The notes beneath the pieces are model-generated. The model had not been told where the DNA came from. It did no database searches and saw only the letters and a list, made by a program, of their open reading frames with translations. Positions 1 to 19,700 of a DNA stretch of 64,000 nucleotides are shown one piece after another (position 1 is the stretch's first letter; each line of letters starts with the position of its first letter). The position numbers and the translations under genes were made by a program. Source of the DNA: Vicugna vicugna (Eukaryota); contig MU058289.1 in NCBI GenBank assembly GCA_013265495.1, forward strand, positions 868,001 to 932,000, read 5' to 3'.

Positions 1-477
1 GCACTCTGGGAGTAAGGATTTAGGCCTGTCTCCCCACTGTGTCCCTGGCCCTAAGCTCTTTATCCATCTTTTCAAAGACCCTGTAAAGAAGGTTACCAAC
101 CCCGCTTTATAGCTGAGGTCACTGGGACCCGAATGGCCTTGCTGAAATCACAGAGCTGCTCGGGTGCAGGACAAGTGCTTGGGTCCAGAATCCACCCCCA
201 GCTGTTGGGTGCCCATCCTGCCCTGAACCCCCAGGCAGGGGGCTTTGCCTCCATCTTCTCTCACTGAGTTCTCTACACACCCAAGAAGTGGGTGTCATGA
301 TTGCTCTACTTGACAGATGGGCAAACTGAGGATTGAGGAGGTCTAATGTCTTTCCTGAGGCCACAGAGAACTGGGCCTGGCCCCCAGATCTGAGTGACCC
401 TGCCTGTGAAGCCCCGTGTCCTCCAAGTGTGCTGGCAGGGGGTTGGTAGGCTTAGATCTGCCCAGCACCATGAAATG

Positions 478-615
478 AATCATTTAACCTCCTCAGGCCT
501 TAGTTTTCCCATCTGTAAAGTGGGAATGAATGATTCTACCCACCTCACCAGGTTGTTGTGAGGACTGAGAAAATTCATGTCAGGACTGGTGCACAGCAAG
601 TGCTCAATGAGTATT
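478..615 (+). mobile_element. MIR SINE fragment
   Basis: MIR core-like text 'catttaacctcctcaggccttagttttcccatctgtaaagtgggaatga...gttgttgtgaggactgaga'. Confidence 0.6.
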
Positions 616-1083
616 ATTACTCTTATTTCATGTTCGGTGACAAGAGTCATTTATTTATTTTTCTTATTTAATGGACAGGCTCTATCCAAACTGCTAAATC
701 CAACTGAAAACAGCCAATAGCTACGGGTTCTGATCTCCAAAGAAGGAATGAAAATCAGGCAGAGACCCTGTGGAACCGGCTGCCTGGGACCCAGCCAGAA
801 AACCTAGATCCCAAACAACTGGACCTCTCTCCATCTGTAAAATAGCCAAATGATAGTACCAACCTCAGAGGGCTGGGGTGAGGTCAGCATGAGCTAACAG
901 ATGAACTTGTAGGGCAAGGCGTGGTACAGAGTCAAAATGCTGAAGAAAAAGGTGGCATCTTCATCATCCTTTATCCCTTGGGTTGGCTCCCTACCCCCAG
1001 TGGATGGTGGACACTCAAGGGGTTAATTTCGGGTAGGCAAGGAAGGTTGTGGGTTTGGGGCAGGGCAGCTGCCCTGACGAGTG

Positions 1084-1101
1084 TAGCCACCAGAGGGCGC
1101 A
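1084..1101 (+). promoter_or_regulatory. CTCF motif (forward) upstream of LGI4
   Basis: TAGCCACCAGAGGGCGCA matches the CTCF core CCASYAGRKGGCRS. Motif only, no binding data. Confidence 0.55.
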
Positions 1102-1596
1102 CCCAGACCTGAGCTGGTCCCTTCAAGTCTCCGCGCCAGTGCCCACCACACCCTCCCGGAGCCAGGGGAGGGGGCTGGAGGGGGCTGGCTGGGCATGGCC
1201 AGGAGGGCTCCAGCGCTTAGTGGTCTCTCCGCCCTCCCTCCTCCTGCCTGCAGAGTCATCCGGTCCCCACCCTGGTGACATCCTCCTCACACTAGTGAGT
1301 GGGGAATCTGGGGAGGGGGTTGGCTGGGAGGGGCCAGGGCAGCTCCAGCCCTCAGTGGCCCCTCCCCTCCCATGGGGCCCTCAGTCCCTTCCCCAGGACT
1401 GCTCTTCCTATGGCCTCTGACCACCCCCCCACCACTCCTCCTCCTTTCCCTGCTTTGCCTGGCGCACCCCGTGCCTAGTGAGTCCCTTTCCCAAACCTCC
1501 TGGGAGAAGGGACGTGGGAGGAAGGGAAGAAACTTCCAGGGATCTGGAGGGAGGGGGGGTAGGAAGACAGAAATAAAGACACCAGACAGAGGAAGA

Positions 1597-1626
1597 CTCT
1601 CTCTCACACACACACACACACACACA
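1597..1626. repeat. (CT)n(CA)n microsatellite in purine-rich region 5' of LGI4
   Basis: ctctctct followed by cacacaca..., read directly. Confidence 0.9.
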
Positions 1627-1978
1627 TAGAAAGAGAGGCCAACAGAGAGAGACAGAAAGAAACAGAGAAAAAGAAAAATAGAGAGAGACAATTCAGATAG
1701 AAATAAAGAGAGACAGAGGTAGAGTGTGGGAAACAGACTAGCTCAAAGAGTCAGAAATACAAAAAGGGGGAGAGAAAGACAGGGAAAGAGAAATAAACAG
1801 AAAATCAGACACCCAGGAGACAGACCGAAGAGAGACCGAGAAAGAGGAGAGAGAAGCCAGGGCACAGCGTGCCAGCTGGCGGCATGGAGGGGTGCCCGGC
1901 GTGGGAGATGTAGTGGCCACGCCCGGGCCAGGTTGGGTGGGCAGAGGGAAGCCGGTGCCTCAGCGGGGGTCAGGGGGC

Positions 1979-9285
<7,307 letters not shown>

Positions 9286-9662
9286 GACCGGATGGGACCC
9301 TGGACATGGACGGCAGGGGACTGGCATGGGGAGTCCTGGGCCCCTGGATGCCCCCGTGACTGGCCTCCTGGCCCTACTTGGAGGTGACAGCTGGTCCTGT
9401 GAGATACTGACCACAGGCCAAGTTCAAGGCAAGAGCTGCCTTTTCAGTCTCAAGCAACATCTTAGCTGGGGGCAGATGCTCTCCCCAACGGTGACTTGGG
9501 GGCTCAGGCTGGGGCACCGCGGCACAGAGCCAGTATACAGAAATCACATGGGGGTAATGTGCAGAGCTCCATGAGGTCTGGAAGCGGCCCCCTCCCAACC
9601 CACCCACGTCTCCTGCTCCCTGTGAGTATTAAGGAGGAGATAGCTTTCCTTTCCCTTCTAAA

Positions 9663-9837
9663 CTCAATCCGGCCAATCGCTATAAGTGCCCGCCTCCCTG
9701 ACGTCATCAGTTGCCGGGGAGGTTTTCCTGGCTGGCGTGCTAACTTCCTCTCCTGCTTGTGCGCATGCCTGCTCCCGAGGCGGAAGTCCCGCGCGAAGAC
9801 ACTCAGGCGCGTGCGCGGGAAAGATGGGAACGTGAGA
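9663..9837. promoter_or_regulatory. CpG-rich promoter-like motif cassette within the LGI4 3' UTR
   Basis: CCAAT 9673-9677, TATAA 9681, CRE TGACGTCA 9699-9706, NRF1-like TGCGCATGCC 9760-9769, ETS CGGAAGT 9781-9787, E2F-like GCGGGAAA 9815-9822. Confidence 0.55.
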
Positions 9838-9908
9838 GTTGTTGCGGGGAGGCCGGAGTACCCACGCCGGGTCGGTGGCAGGGGCGAGGACAGAAAGTGT
9901 ATGAGCTC

Positions 9909-9914
9909 AATAAA
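9909..9914 (+). terminator. Probable LGI4 polyadenylation signal
   Basis: First AATAAA downstream of the LGI4 stop, followed by GT-rich 'gttgttgtgggg'. Confidence 0.55.
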
Positions 9915-10161
9915 CGCGCTGTGCACCCGCCCCACCCGTTGTTGTGGGGTCACTGGGAGGGGTGACTCTTGTGGAGGTGGGGGGCTAGTCCCAGGAGCAG
10001 TATTACGGAGCGGAGAGGCGTTCCGGGGTGCATTTTGGCTGCCCCTAGTGAGCTTTCCCGAGCTTTGCTCACTCTAAGGACTGTGGGCCCATGATTATGG
10101 CGGGGAGCCCTTGTGGGATGTTTGGGGGATATAAGGGCATTATGAAAGGACAGGTCATGGG

Positions 10162-10167
10162 TTTATT
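10162..10167 (-). terminator. Possible FXYD3 polyadenylation signal (tail-to-tail with LGI4)
   Basis: tttatt on + equals AATAAA on -, about 800 nt past the FXYD3 stop. Confidence 0.45.
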
Positions 10168-10965
10168 ATTGGTCTCATGCCTCTTATAGGAGACATTTTT
10201 GTGGTGTTTTGAAGGATTTCAGGCATTTTTATGGCTCTTGGGAACATTTTGGAGGTCTTGCTGGGTATTGGGACTGCAGGAGTTTGAGGCTTGTTGAAGG
10301 GTCTCTCACCACGTAGCCCTTAGATATTAGAGGCATCGTGGGAAATAATTTAAAGGTCTCACAGGGACATTCGGGTGTTAGGAGGCTCTTTTATAATAAA
10401 GTGGGGTCTCAGATGAGTGGAGGGTCACAGGGATCTTACTATTATAAGCTATCCGGGTACTCCTGTCATGGTAGGATGATCCCACTGCCTGGTTTCCCCA
10501 GGACGGTCCCAGGGTCCACCTGAATGACCCAGCGTGCCACCTGGCTGAGCTCCCTTTCACTCTCAAAAGTGTCCCCGAAGTGGCTACGAGAGAATTTTAA
10601 ATTGTACATGTGGCTCCCGTGGACACAGAGGCAGAAGGCAGGCCCCGTGCCGTCCACCAGATCATGAGGAAGCAGGCCTTTGGGCTTGTCCAGGCAAAGA
10701 AAGTCAGCTGCCAGCTTCCATGCCAGCACCCGCTGCACAAGCAGCTTCTCCTGGCCCCCCAAACCCACCCCACGCACATATAGGGTGTCTCGAGGCTGGC
10801 TGGGCAGGAGCAAGATCATTTTATAGTGAAAATTCAACAAAGAGATCCCTCCAGTGAGAGATGAGATGGTGCCCTGGTAAAGCCGTCTAAGGAGGGAAGG
10901 GAGGGTCCTGGATTCAGGCTCCTGTGCAGAGAGAGGCTCTCTGTGTGCTTTCAGCTTATCTATCC

Positions 10966-11066
10966 TCAGCAGTTATGGGCAGAGCCTGGGAGAGATGACC
11001 GGGTCAGCTTGTGAGAGTGGATCAAGTTATTTCTCCCCAGGGTGCGCGCGCACACACACACAGACA

Positions 11067-11105
<39 letters not shown>

Positions 11106-13986
11106 CACAGCTATTGATCTTTTGCATCCCTTCAGGTCCTGGGCACCGACCCTGTGTTCCCTTCAGCCCCATTCTGCCCCTGTCTTACCTGTTGTGATGA
11201 GAGGTGGGGCATCCCCGGGGTGGCGGCTAGGGAAAGAAAGGTGGTGAGGTCTGCGTTCACCCCTGTTACCCTCTCCCTCATGGCTAGAGGAATCTCAGCT
11301 TGCCGTGACATCACTTCCTGGCTATATTTCTGACGTTGGGTTGTACCATCCCAACCCAATGCAGGGACCAAAGCATTTCAGGATTTGGGGCCCTTTGAGG
11401 ACTGATGGTTCTGAAGATTAAACCTGAGAAATCTTAGCAAGAATTCTTCAGGGCAGGGGCCCAGAGGCCTGGCCTCTTTCTGCAGGATTTAGTTCTTTAC
11501 CCCTGAAAGCTGTCTATCCAGCATGAGGCAGGCATGCTGCCTGGAGCCCATCTTACCGGGGCTTCTGACTGAACTTGCATTTGCATTTCCCACCTGTTAG
11601 GGGAGAAAGCCATGTCAGGAGAGGGCACCCACAGCCCCGCCCTGCCCGCTGCCCCCCCAGCTCCTCCACTCACTCATGAGGACAATGATGCCAAGGGCAC
11701 ACAGGACGCCTGCGCAGATGAGCCCGCTGACCCGGAGGCTGTGCCAGTCTAGGAGAAACCCAGAGGGGACCCTCAGTGCCGGCCTGCACCCTCCCCAGCC
11801 AAGCCCCCTTCCACTTGACCCTATACAGTGGGCACCTCAGATGTGCAGATGCCAGGGAGACGGCAGTAGAGAGCACACACAGCTCCCCAGCCCCTCTGTG
11901 CTCACTTTCTAGTTTACACAGAGCAAGCGACAGAGATTTCATGTCAGGTCGGGGAGAGAGAAGCAGTCTGCAAACAAAAAGGCAGAGCCGGGGGACAGAA
12001 AGTCAGTGGGCAGCTCTTCTAGGGAGAGTGGTCAGGAAAGGCCACTGAGGGGCCATGTGGAGCAGAGGCCTGAGGAGGGGAGGGGGGGAGTGTGGGCCTA
12101 CGTGGGAGAGGGTCTTCCAGGCAGAGGGATGGATGCTAGCGAGGTCTAGAGGCTTCAAGTGCATCTGCTGTGTCTGAGCAGCAGCGAGGAGGCCAGCATG
12201 GCCGCAGCAGAGCCAGTGGGGTGGGGGGGAGAGAGGGCAGAGGGGTGACGGGTGAGGGTAAGTGGGGAGCAGGTGTGTGGAACCTGGAGGCCGTAGGAAG
12301 AGCAGGGCCAAGTGGCTCACCTCCTCCAGGCAGTCTTCTCAAGTCAACCCTCCTCCCAGCACTTGATTTGCACCGTAACAGTGGCTTCTTGTGAACTATC
12401 TTTGCTTCCATGTGTGTCTAACTTGCAGCAAAACAGTTTTCCCAAGGACCCGACTGTCTTGTTCCCTTGATCCATTGTGTTTACTGTTCACTGCCCCGAT
12501 CCTCGCCTGGGGGTCACCCCAAGCAGACCCTTCCCCCACCGCATGGGAGACCTTTGGCACAACATAGGTATAGGGGGGTGCGAAGGGAGGGGCACAGTCT
12601 CTCACCATAGTAGAAAGGGCTGTTTTTATCTGCAAGGAAAGACAAAAAGAACATGAATCCGAGAGATGAGAGCTGGGATGCTGGGGTCATGGGGGAGAAT
12701 TTGAGGGTGGGATTGGTGGAGGAGTCCAGTCTGACTCACCTTCTGGGTCGTTGGCGTCCAAGGCAGGCAGGCCTGGGGAAGGGGAGGAGCGGGAAGGAGA
12801 GAGATGGGGGTGCTGGCCTCAGCAAAGCTGGGGACAGAGCTGTGGAACCTCGGGCCTCAGCATAGGGTCCCCTGATGGCACAGTTCCCCACCTTTCAAAG
12901 ACACAAGGGTCTAGCCCTAAGCTAGCTGTCTCTGCACAGCCCACCTTGGAGATGTGGATGCCCCCTCTCAGCCCGACACCTGAAATAGGTTTTAATCTGG
13001 GTGGCTTCTGGCGACCCTTTAGGCTCACATTTCTGGACACCAGGCTAATCCACACCTCCTGCAGAAACGGAGTGCAGGGCTTGTCAAGGTGACAGATGGC
13101 TTCAGCCCCCAGGCGTTCTCAGCCCTTATCTCCACACGCTACCAGTTCTGGTTCTGCCATTTGCGCACCATTCCCTGTCAAGCAACTGACTGATAATCAA
13201 CTCAATACACTTTATTTTAAAAAGCAACTTTACATCACTACCCTGAATGGGATACCAGTCTTGCCCGATGTAATGGGTAAAAACAAATATAATGAAAGCA
13301 AAGGATTAGGACCGAATTCTGAAGCAGTGGGCTGCCTTAACTCTGGGCCTACACTCTCTTCTTTTTTGTTAAGGGGAGATTAATCATTTTTAAATAACGT
13401 TTGAAACACAAACACATGGTGCTTACTCTGTACCAGGCACTATTCTAAGGGCTTTGCAAATAGTAACACATTTAATCCTCACAATGAGTATATAAGTAGG
13501 TGTTACTGTTGTCCAGATGGGGAAACCGAGGCACAAGGGATTTTGGTTACTTGCCACATAACCACAAAGTTCTCTGTTACCTCTAGTAATAAAGTGTTAA
13601 TGGCAGTAACGCAGGCTGAGCCTTCTCCTTGATGTCAAGATGTCAAGACGCTGACTTTCTAGCTGTGTGAGCCTCCGCTCTAAGAGGCCCTCCTTGCGGG
13701 GGTGGGTATAGCTCATGGTAGAGTGTGTGCTCAGCATGCATGAGGTCCTGGGTTCAATCCCCGATACCTCCATTAAAAATAAAGAGAGGTCCTCCTTTAT
13801 GTGCCCCTTGAAATCATCTCCTACCCAAGGAGATGCTGTCCTGAGACTCACCACCACACAGGAAAGTATGAAAGAGCCGCACTCAAGTGTGGTCACCACT
13901 CAGCCAAGGGGATCAGGGAAAAGGCAGTCTGGGGACAGTCACTCACCTGCCAGGAGGACGAGCAGACTCAGGGCCACCTCTTGCAT
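10966..13986 (-). CDS. FXYD3: FXYD domain-containing ion transport regulator 3 (Mat-8), Na,K-ATPase regulator, 88 aa, intact
   Basis: Coding exons (-) 13947-13986, 12740-12772, 12606-12629, 11674-11748, 11557-11593, 11189-11226, 10966-10985. All GT-AG; total 267 nt. Spliced protein MQEVALSLLVLLAGLPALDANDPEDKNSPFYYDWHSLRVSGLICAGVLCALGIIVLMSGKCKCKFSQKPRRHPGDAPPLITTGSAHNC, with the PFYYD motif. Confidence 0.96.
11051..11104. repeat. (CA)n microsatellite in FXYD3 last intron
   Basis: Long cacaca run with one cagacaga interruption. Confidence 0.95.
13698..13783 (+). mobile_element. tRNA-derived SINE (camelid Vic-1-like), short copy
   Basis: gggtgggtatagctcatggtagag (A box), gggttcaatcccc (B box) and an A-rich tail. 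Flanked by imperfect direct repeat aagaggccctcctt / gagaggtcctcctt. Confidence 0.8.
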
Positions 13987-16620
13987 GTCGAAGCACTGGC
14001 CTGGAGGGGTCTGGGGAGAGGGTCCAGCTTTAGCAGGGCCACTGGGATGCCTCTGGTTCCCAACCCCCTCCTACTCTGCTCCCCACCCAGGGTGGCACAG
14101 CTCACCCCTGAAAAGCTGAAGAACTGGCCTTGAAACTTGCTGGGCTGAGAGATAAGGCAGCCGAAAAGTGCAGTGGGGGCTGAGTGAGAACTCAGACCTG
14201 AGAGGAAGCAGCAGTAATAACTCACTGGATGTGGATTGGAGGCTCGAAGTGAATCACCCTGGCAACCAAACGAGGAAGGTGCTGCCCGCTGTTATCCTCA
14301 TCTTACAGATGGGAAAACTGAGGCTCAGGGAAGTGAAGGTGGGTGTTCAAGTTCAGCTTGCCAGGAAGCGGGATTTAAGCCAGACCTGGCTCTGCAGAGG
14401 CGAACACTCAGGACTCTCTCAGGGCCTTGGGGTGTTTTGGGAAATGGGGTGTTGGGCGCCAGGTGGCAGGAGGCCCGGTTCTTGGGAGTGTCCCCCATGA
14501 ACAGCTCTGAGCCTGCCTGCCCTGCCCAGGCTTTGCAGACCTTGGGCTGGGCAGGGCAGGAAGTGGGGAGGAGAGAACTCCTGGGGAGGGTGGAGAGGAA
14601 GGGGGAGGAGAAGGAGCCCCTGGCTGCAGCCCCAGTCCCATTTTTCTGCCCCACCCACATCCCACTCTCTCACTTCTGCCCCACTCCTGCCCACCCTGCC
14701 CCAGTTCATGGTCCTGCCTCTACTGTCCAGTCCCAGGCCAGCCCCTGCCCCTACCAAGCTCCTCTGGCAGCAGACACTTCCGCTTTCCCCAGACAGACCT
14801 ACCCAGCATGAAGAACCCTGCTCCATCCCCTTCCTGGTCTGGTATGAGTCCACCATTTCTGAGTGTCCCCCTGCCCTCTCCCTGCCCCTGCCCCTGCCCC
14901 TGCCCCACTGCCACAGTATCTGTTGTCCCGAACTTGATAGCAAGAGCTAACACTTAACTCAGAGCCACTCTGTGCTGGGCACTGCCAAATGACCTTGCTG
15001 GGTTTCCCTCACATAACCCCCTAAGAACCCCAGAGGTCATCTGTTACACGCTCTGTTTCACTGACAGCAAAACACCCGCCTAAACGCCGTCCCTAAGAAT
15101 GGTTAAAAAGCCCATTGCCATTCCGTGCTTCGTCTCCTGTCCACAGCTGGAGAGGGAACCCCTCTCATCTCAAGCTCCCTCTCTAGCCTCCACATAACCC
15201 CCACCTTGAGTTTCCTTCTGTTTCCAGCATGTTCTCACAGGCTCCTCCATCTCCCTCCACCCACCCCAGATCCTGGGAATCCTCTTAGCTTCCCAGTTCA
15301 TCCCATATACCAGACTCACAATTTTGAGCACCTATTTCTTGTAAGAAAATAGCCTGTGGCTTTGGGGAACAGTACTAAGGCGCTTAGGACCCCCCCAGGT
15401 TTGAGGTGAGGGGTGGAGCTGGAGTGAGTGGGTGGGCAGGACAGCCTAGCAGGCCTGGCACAGGTCTGCAGAAGGACCACCTGTTGTCTAAAGCGAACAC
15501 GTGAAACTTTGTCACCCCATGACACCACTAATACTAGTAATAAGAGTTGATGCTGACTGTCTACCCCGCGCCAGGCACTGTTCTCAGCTCTTTGCGCTTA
15601 TTCACGCATATAATCTTCGCAGCTTGATGAAGCTGGCACTATGATTAGCCCACGTTGCTGTCGCAACCCTGTAACCCCTGTGAACTCAGCTTAATGCTCT
15701 ATGCTGTCACCCGGGACCCAGAGTCTCAGCACTTCAGCCTCTTTCCACGGGCACCTCCGAGCTGCCCTGGCCGGTGAGGGCTCTGGAAGCCCCATCTCCA
15801 GGCATCATCTCCCAGCATCCCCAGCACGGGGGGGGGGGTGCTGGTGGGTAGTTCCAGCCACACCCCAACCTCTGCACAACTTTTCTACCCAACTGTCCCA
15901 TGGTGTGGGCAGTGGGAGCTGGTGTCTGGGCATCTGCCCTCCCCCTCCCTGTTCCCGCTGTTGTTGGAAGAGGCCCTTGCGCTGCTCCGAAACTGACTGC
16001 CGCCATCGCCATCGGCGCTAAGGCTTGGAAAGGAGGCAGCCTACAGTTGGAGGCTATGCCCACCCCTCCCTGTTCTTTCCTGGCCCCGGAAATCCTAGTG
16101 CTGGTGTGAGGACTGTTTCCGCTGTCCACCCCCTACCATCCCACTGTTTCTCCAGGCCCACCAGGCGTGAGCCAAATGACTCCCTCCTGTCCCTGAAATC
16201 TCCTTCCCATCTCCCCATTTTACCACTTCCCCAGGAAGCCACCAGCCCCTTTCCCTAGAGGTCTCCAGGACCCACATATCCCAGTCCCTAGACACCTCGA
16301 GTCTACCCAGTCACTCACCCATCTACTCTGAGCCCCACAATCCAGATACTTCTGGTTTACTCAGGCACCCCGATCTACCCACCAGGCTTCCAGAGACCCC
16401 AATCCCATCCTTGAGCCTTACCCTCACCCCAGCTGGCTCACTCAGCCTCCCGTGAGAAGAATGATGGGGAAGGGGGTTTCCTCTAAGCTGCTCCCCTAGA
16501 AAAGGACCTTGAAGGGGGAAGACTCTAGGGGTCTTTAATGGAGACCAGTGGAGAGAGGGGCAGGGATGGTTGGGGGCAGAGCCAAGAAGGGGTTGAGGGA
16601 GGGAGGTCCCAGCCCCTCAC

Positions 16621-16700
16621 CTGCGTGCTCCCCAGGCTGCGTGAGGTTCCAGGTTCCAGGAGCGAGCAGGCTGCTAAGCCTGAGTCCTGCCTTTATCTGC
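16621..16700 (-). promoter_or_regulatory. Candidate FXYD3 first non-coding exon and core promoter
   Basis: Minus-strand GATAAAG (TATA/GATA-like, about 16691-16697) followed about 70 nt later by CAG|gtgagg donor at 16620. Position 2.6 kb upstream of the ATG exon (acceptor at 14001) is plausible but unverified. Confidence 0.3.
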
Positions 16701-19700
16701 AGCTGCAGCTGCCACACCCTAGGCAAACCTGGGCAGGTAGAGAACTAGTCAGACTCCCTAAAGCTTAGGGGCTCTCTCATCTCACTCCTGCTCTTAAAGA
16801 GACAGTCCCTCTCCCCCTCAACCACTAGTGGCCCAGAGCTCCTTGGGGTCTCCAAGGTCATGGCAACCTTAGGTGAGGCAGAAGGAGAACAGGGTGAGGG
16901 CTGGGCCTCTGCCCTGCACATCAGGGGAGGGGGCTTTCTCCAATCTCCCGCCCCTCAGAAAAGGACCTGGGAGGAGCAGAGGTTCAGGTCTTTAACAGCA
17001 CAGCTTCTGTCCGGTGGGGGCAGTGGAGGAAGGCCATGCCTTGGTGCCATAACTGAATTTCTCTCACTCAGATTGTGTGCCCTCCTTGGAGGAGGGATTG
17101 GTGGCCATTGTGGGAGATCTAAAGTCTGCTTCTGGGCCACTTCTTGCTGTTGACACAGTTTGAGGGTCAACAGAAGATGCTGATAGGACCAAGATCGTGA
17201 GGTGGGGGCAGGATGCACGGGGTGGGGATGGGGCTGCGCAGCCTTAGACTGAGACTCTCCCCCATCATGCCCGTTGTGCCTTAGGGAGACTGGGAACTGG
17301 TTCCCAGCACCAGGTGGACCTTCCTAGCCTGGGCTTTTCCCAGGGGCGCTGGGAGCCAGATGTCTACGCAGTGGGCATTAGGGTGGGGGCTGCCTCTTAC
17401 CCCAGATAAGGCCACTGCACTGCACAAGGCTCCCTTTCCCTCCCTCCTCCCTCTCCTGTCCCTCCTCCTCATGGCATTCCTTCCGGCTGGGGTCTGTGCA
17501 GGCCCCCACTTGGTCCCCGTTGGGGTGCCCCCTCCCCCCAATTCCGCCTTTTTAGACAGAAGGACTTTTGTCTGGGGGCTGGATGGAGAACAAGGCGCCT
17601 TTGAGTGGCTGGCGGAGGATTGGGGTCACGGGGAGGGGCAGGGCCAGGAAAGGGGTGGCTTTGCACTGGCCACCAGCTGGACTCTAGGCGACCCCCAACA
17701 CCATCGCGGGGGTGGGGATGAGGGCCGCAGGAACTAGGCCAGGGAGAGAGGACTCTGGGGACCACAGAGTGCCGGACAAGGAGAGGGAGTTTCGAGGTCA
17801 AGGCGCTGCTGGGGGCGGTCTGGGTCTGCCCGGGGCAGGGAGAAAGGACCCCCCCACCACCACTTTTCAGCCAGGAGAGACGGCCAAGGGCAAGGAACAC
17901 CCGCTCAGATACATGCTCTCTTCATGCGGGTCCCTCAGGCAGTTTCTCAACTCCAAGCCCTAGATTAGGACACGGTCTCCCCCTACCCACATTAAGGAGG
18001 GGCCAGTCTCTACAAGGAGTGGAGGGGGCACGGGGGCGGGGTGGGGGACCCAGTCAGAGAGGTTCAGGAGGAGAACAGAAACAGAAAGCAAGGCCTGGTG
18101 GCAGGGCATCCCAGTTCAGTTAAGGCAGTCTTTGTATCTGGGTGGATAGCATCTCTTGCCCAGTCATTTCAAGATTGCAACGTCCCCTTTAAGACCCTTT
18201 TGGTGGGGCAGGGGTGGAGTAGTGTTTCCCTCTGCTGGGAAGTCCAGGAACTGCATGCATCATGCATCTGAGAGCGAGAAGAGGTGAGTGCTGGGTGGCT
18301 AGGAGAGATGCTCCACCCGTCACCTGTGCGAGTCCACAGGCTCAGGATGCCAAAGGGGCCAGGCAAGAATCACGAGCGAGTGGAGCAGGACAGGCGTGAG
18401 ACAATAAGGCCCGGTGGCAGCTGGGCAAACAGGAGAACTATTGTCTTGATTAAAGGGCAGCCACCAAAAAGACTGGAGCCAGCTCCTGTGGACAGATACA
18501 GAAGTATCTCCCAGAAATCTCGCATCTCGCCCCGGGAGAAAAAGCAAGAAGTGGAGAAGAATGCTGCCACTTGTAAGGGGGCAAAATATAGGTGCATATA
18601 CTTATAAATAAATGAAATATCTTTGCAGATTGGTACCTTGGTTGCTTCTGAAGAAGGGGATGGAGAGGCTGGGGGAGGGGGTGGAAGGGAGACTCACTTA
18701 TCATCACACACCCTTGTACCTTCTAAATTTTATGTCCTGAAGACGTACTACTTTGATAAAAGAGTTCATTTAAAAGAGTTTAAAGATATCCACTCCATAG
18801 TTTCAGCCAATTGCTTCTATACCTTCAATAGATGTTTGAAACCTGAATCTTTATGCAGAATTCCCAACATTAAAAGTTGGGTCAAATTTTTTAAAAAATT
18901 ATACAGGTCAAATAAAACACATTTCAGGGCTGGTTTCAGCCTGGGGGAACCACCAATTTGAGACTTCTGCCAACTTCATTTCCTGACTCTTTCATCTCAT
19001 GGTCTTTCATTTGGGGACACAGACTGGGTTACTCAACCCAGGCCAACCATAGCTTCCTCCCAGGGCTGGACTGGAACATGCCCCAACCAAGTGGGTGCTG
19101 GGCTGGGGCTGGGGCTGGGGCTTAGGGCCAGGAGAGGCAGACTCAAGACACATGTGAATACTGAGACCCTGGGGATAGGTCTGCAAAGGGTGGAGTGCGT
19201 GCGGCCCCTTGTACCCCATCGAGGGAAGCATCTCTTTGGGATGAGTCTTCCAGGCTGATTTGACTTCAGTCATATTTAACGTGTCCACTTATTTATATAT
19301 GTATATGTGTTGTGTGTGTAGGTTTATATGTAAATATGTTACATATATTGTCATATTATATAGATAATAAAGCCATTGGAAGTATTTCCTTTTCATTTTG
19401 TTTTAGAAATCATTTGTCAAAGCTGAGATTAGCTGTGATTTCTCAGTATCCTGGGAGTTCTTGTGAAATGAGAAAAACCAAACCTACAGATAGTTTCTGA
19501 ATAGCTCAGAGTTTTCAGGAATGCTGAATGAAGGTACAAAACCAAGGCCGGGGAGGGTGTTACGGAGTCACTGATTCAAAGTTCTGTTTATTTGGGTTTT
19601 GCCATCTGCCTTTGATATTCAGGGCTCAGTAATTTTATTGTTCTCTTAAAGCTGTGAGTGTTTCTTCAGGCTCCTGGCAAATGTATAGGCCCTAATGGGC

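Noticed and set aside
1..1900. FXYD1 exons expected upstream of LGI4 by synteny
   Set aside because: No PFxYD-encoding or other FXYD1-like exon was found. The gene probably lies outside the window.
13698..13783. tRNA gene-like sequence with A and B boxes (also at 38.7, 39.9 and 42.5 kb)
   Set aside because: The copies are dispersed and diverged, with A-rich tails and TSDs, so they are SINEs rather than tRNA genes.
17360..17737. ORF with a signal-peptide-like Leu-rich stretch
   Set aside because: The hydrophobic run comes from a CT-rich tract. It has no domain or exon context.
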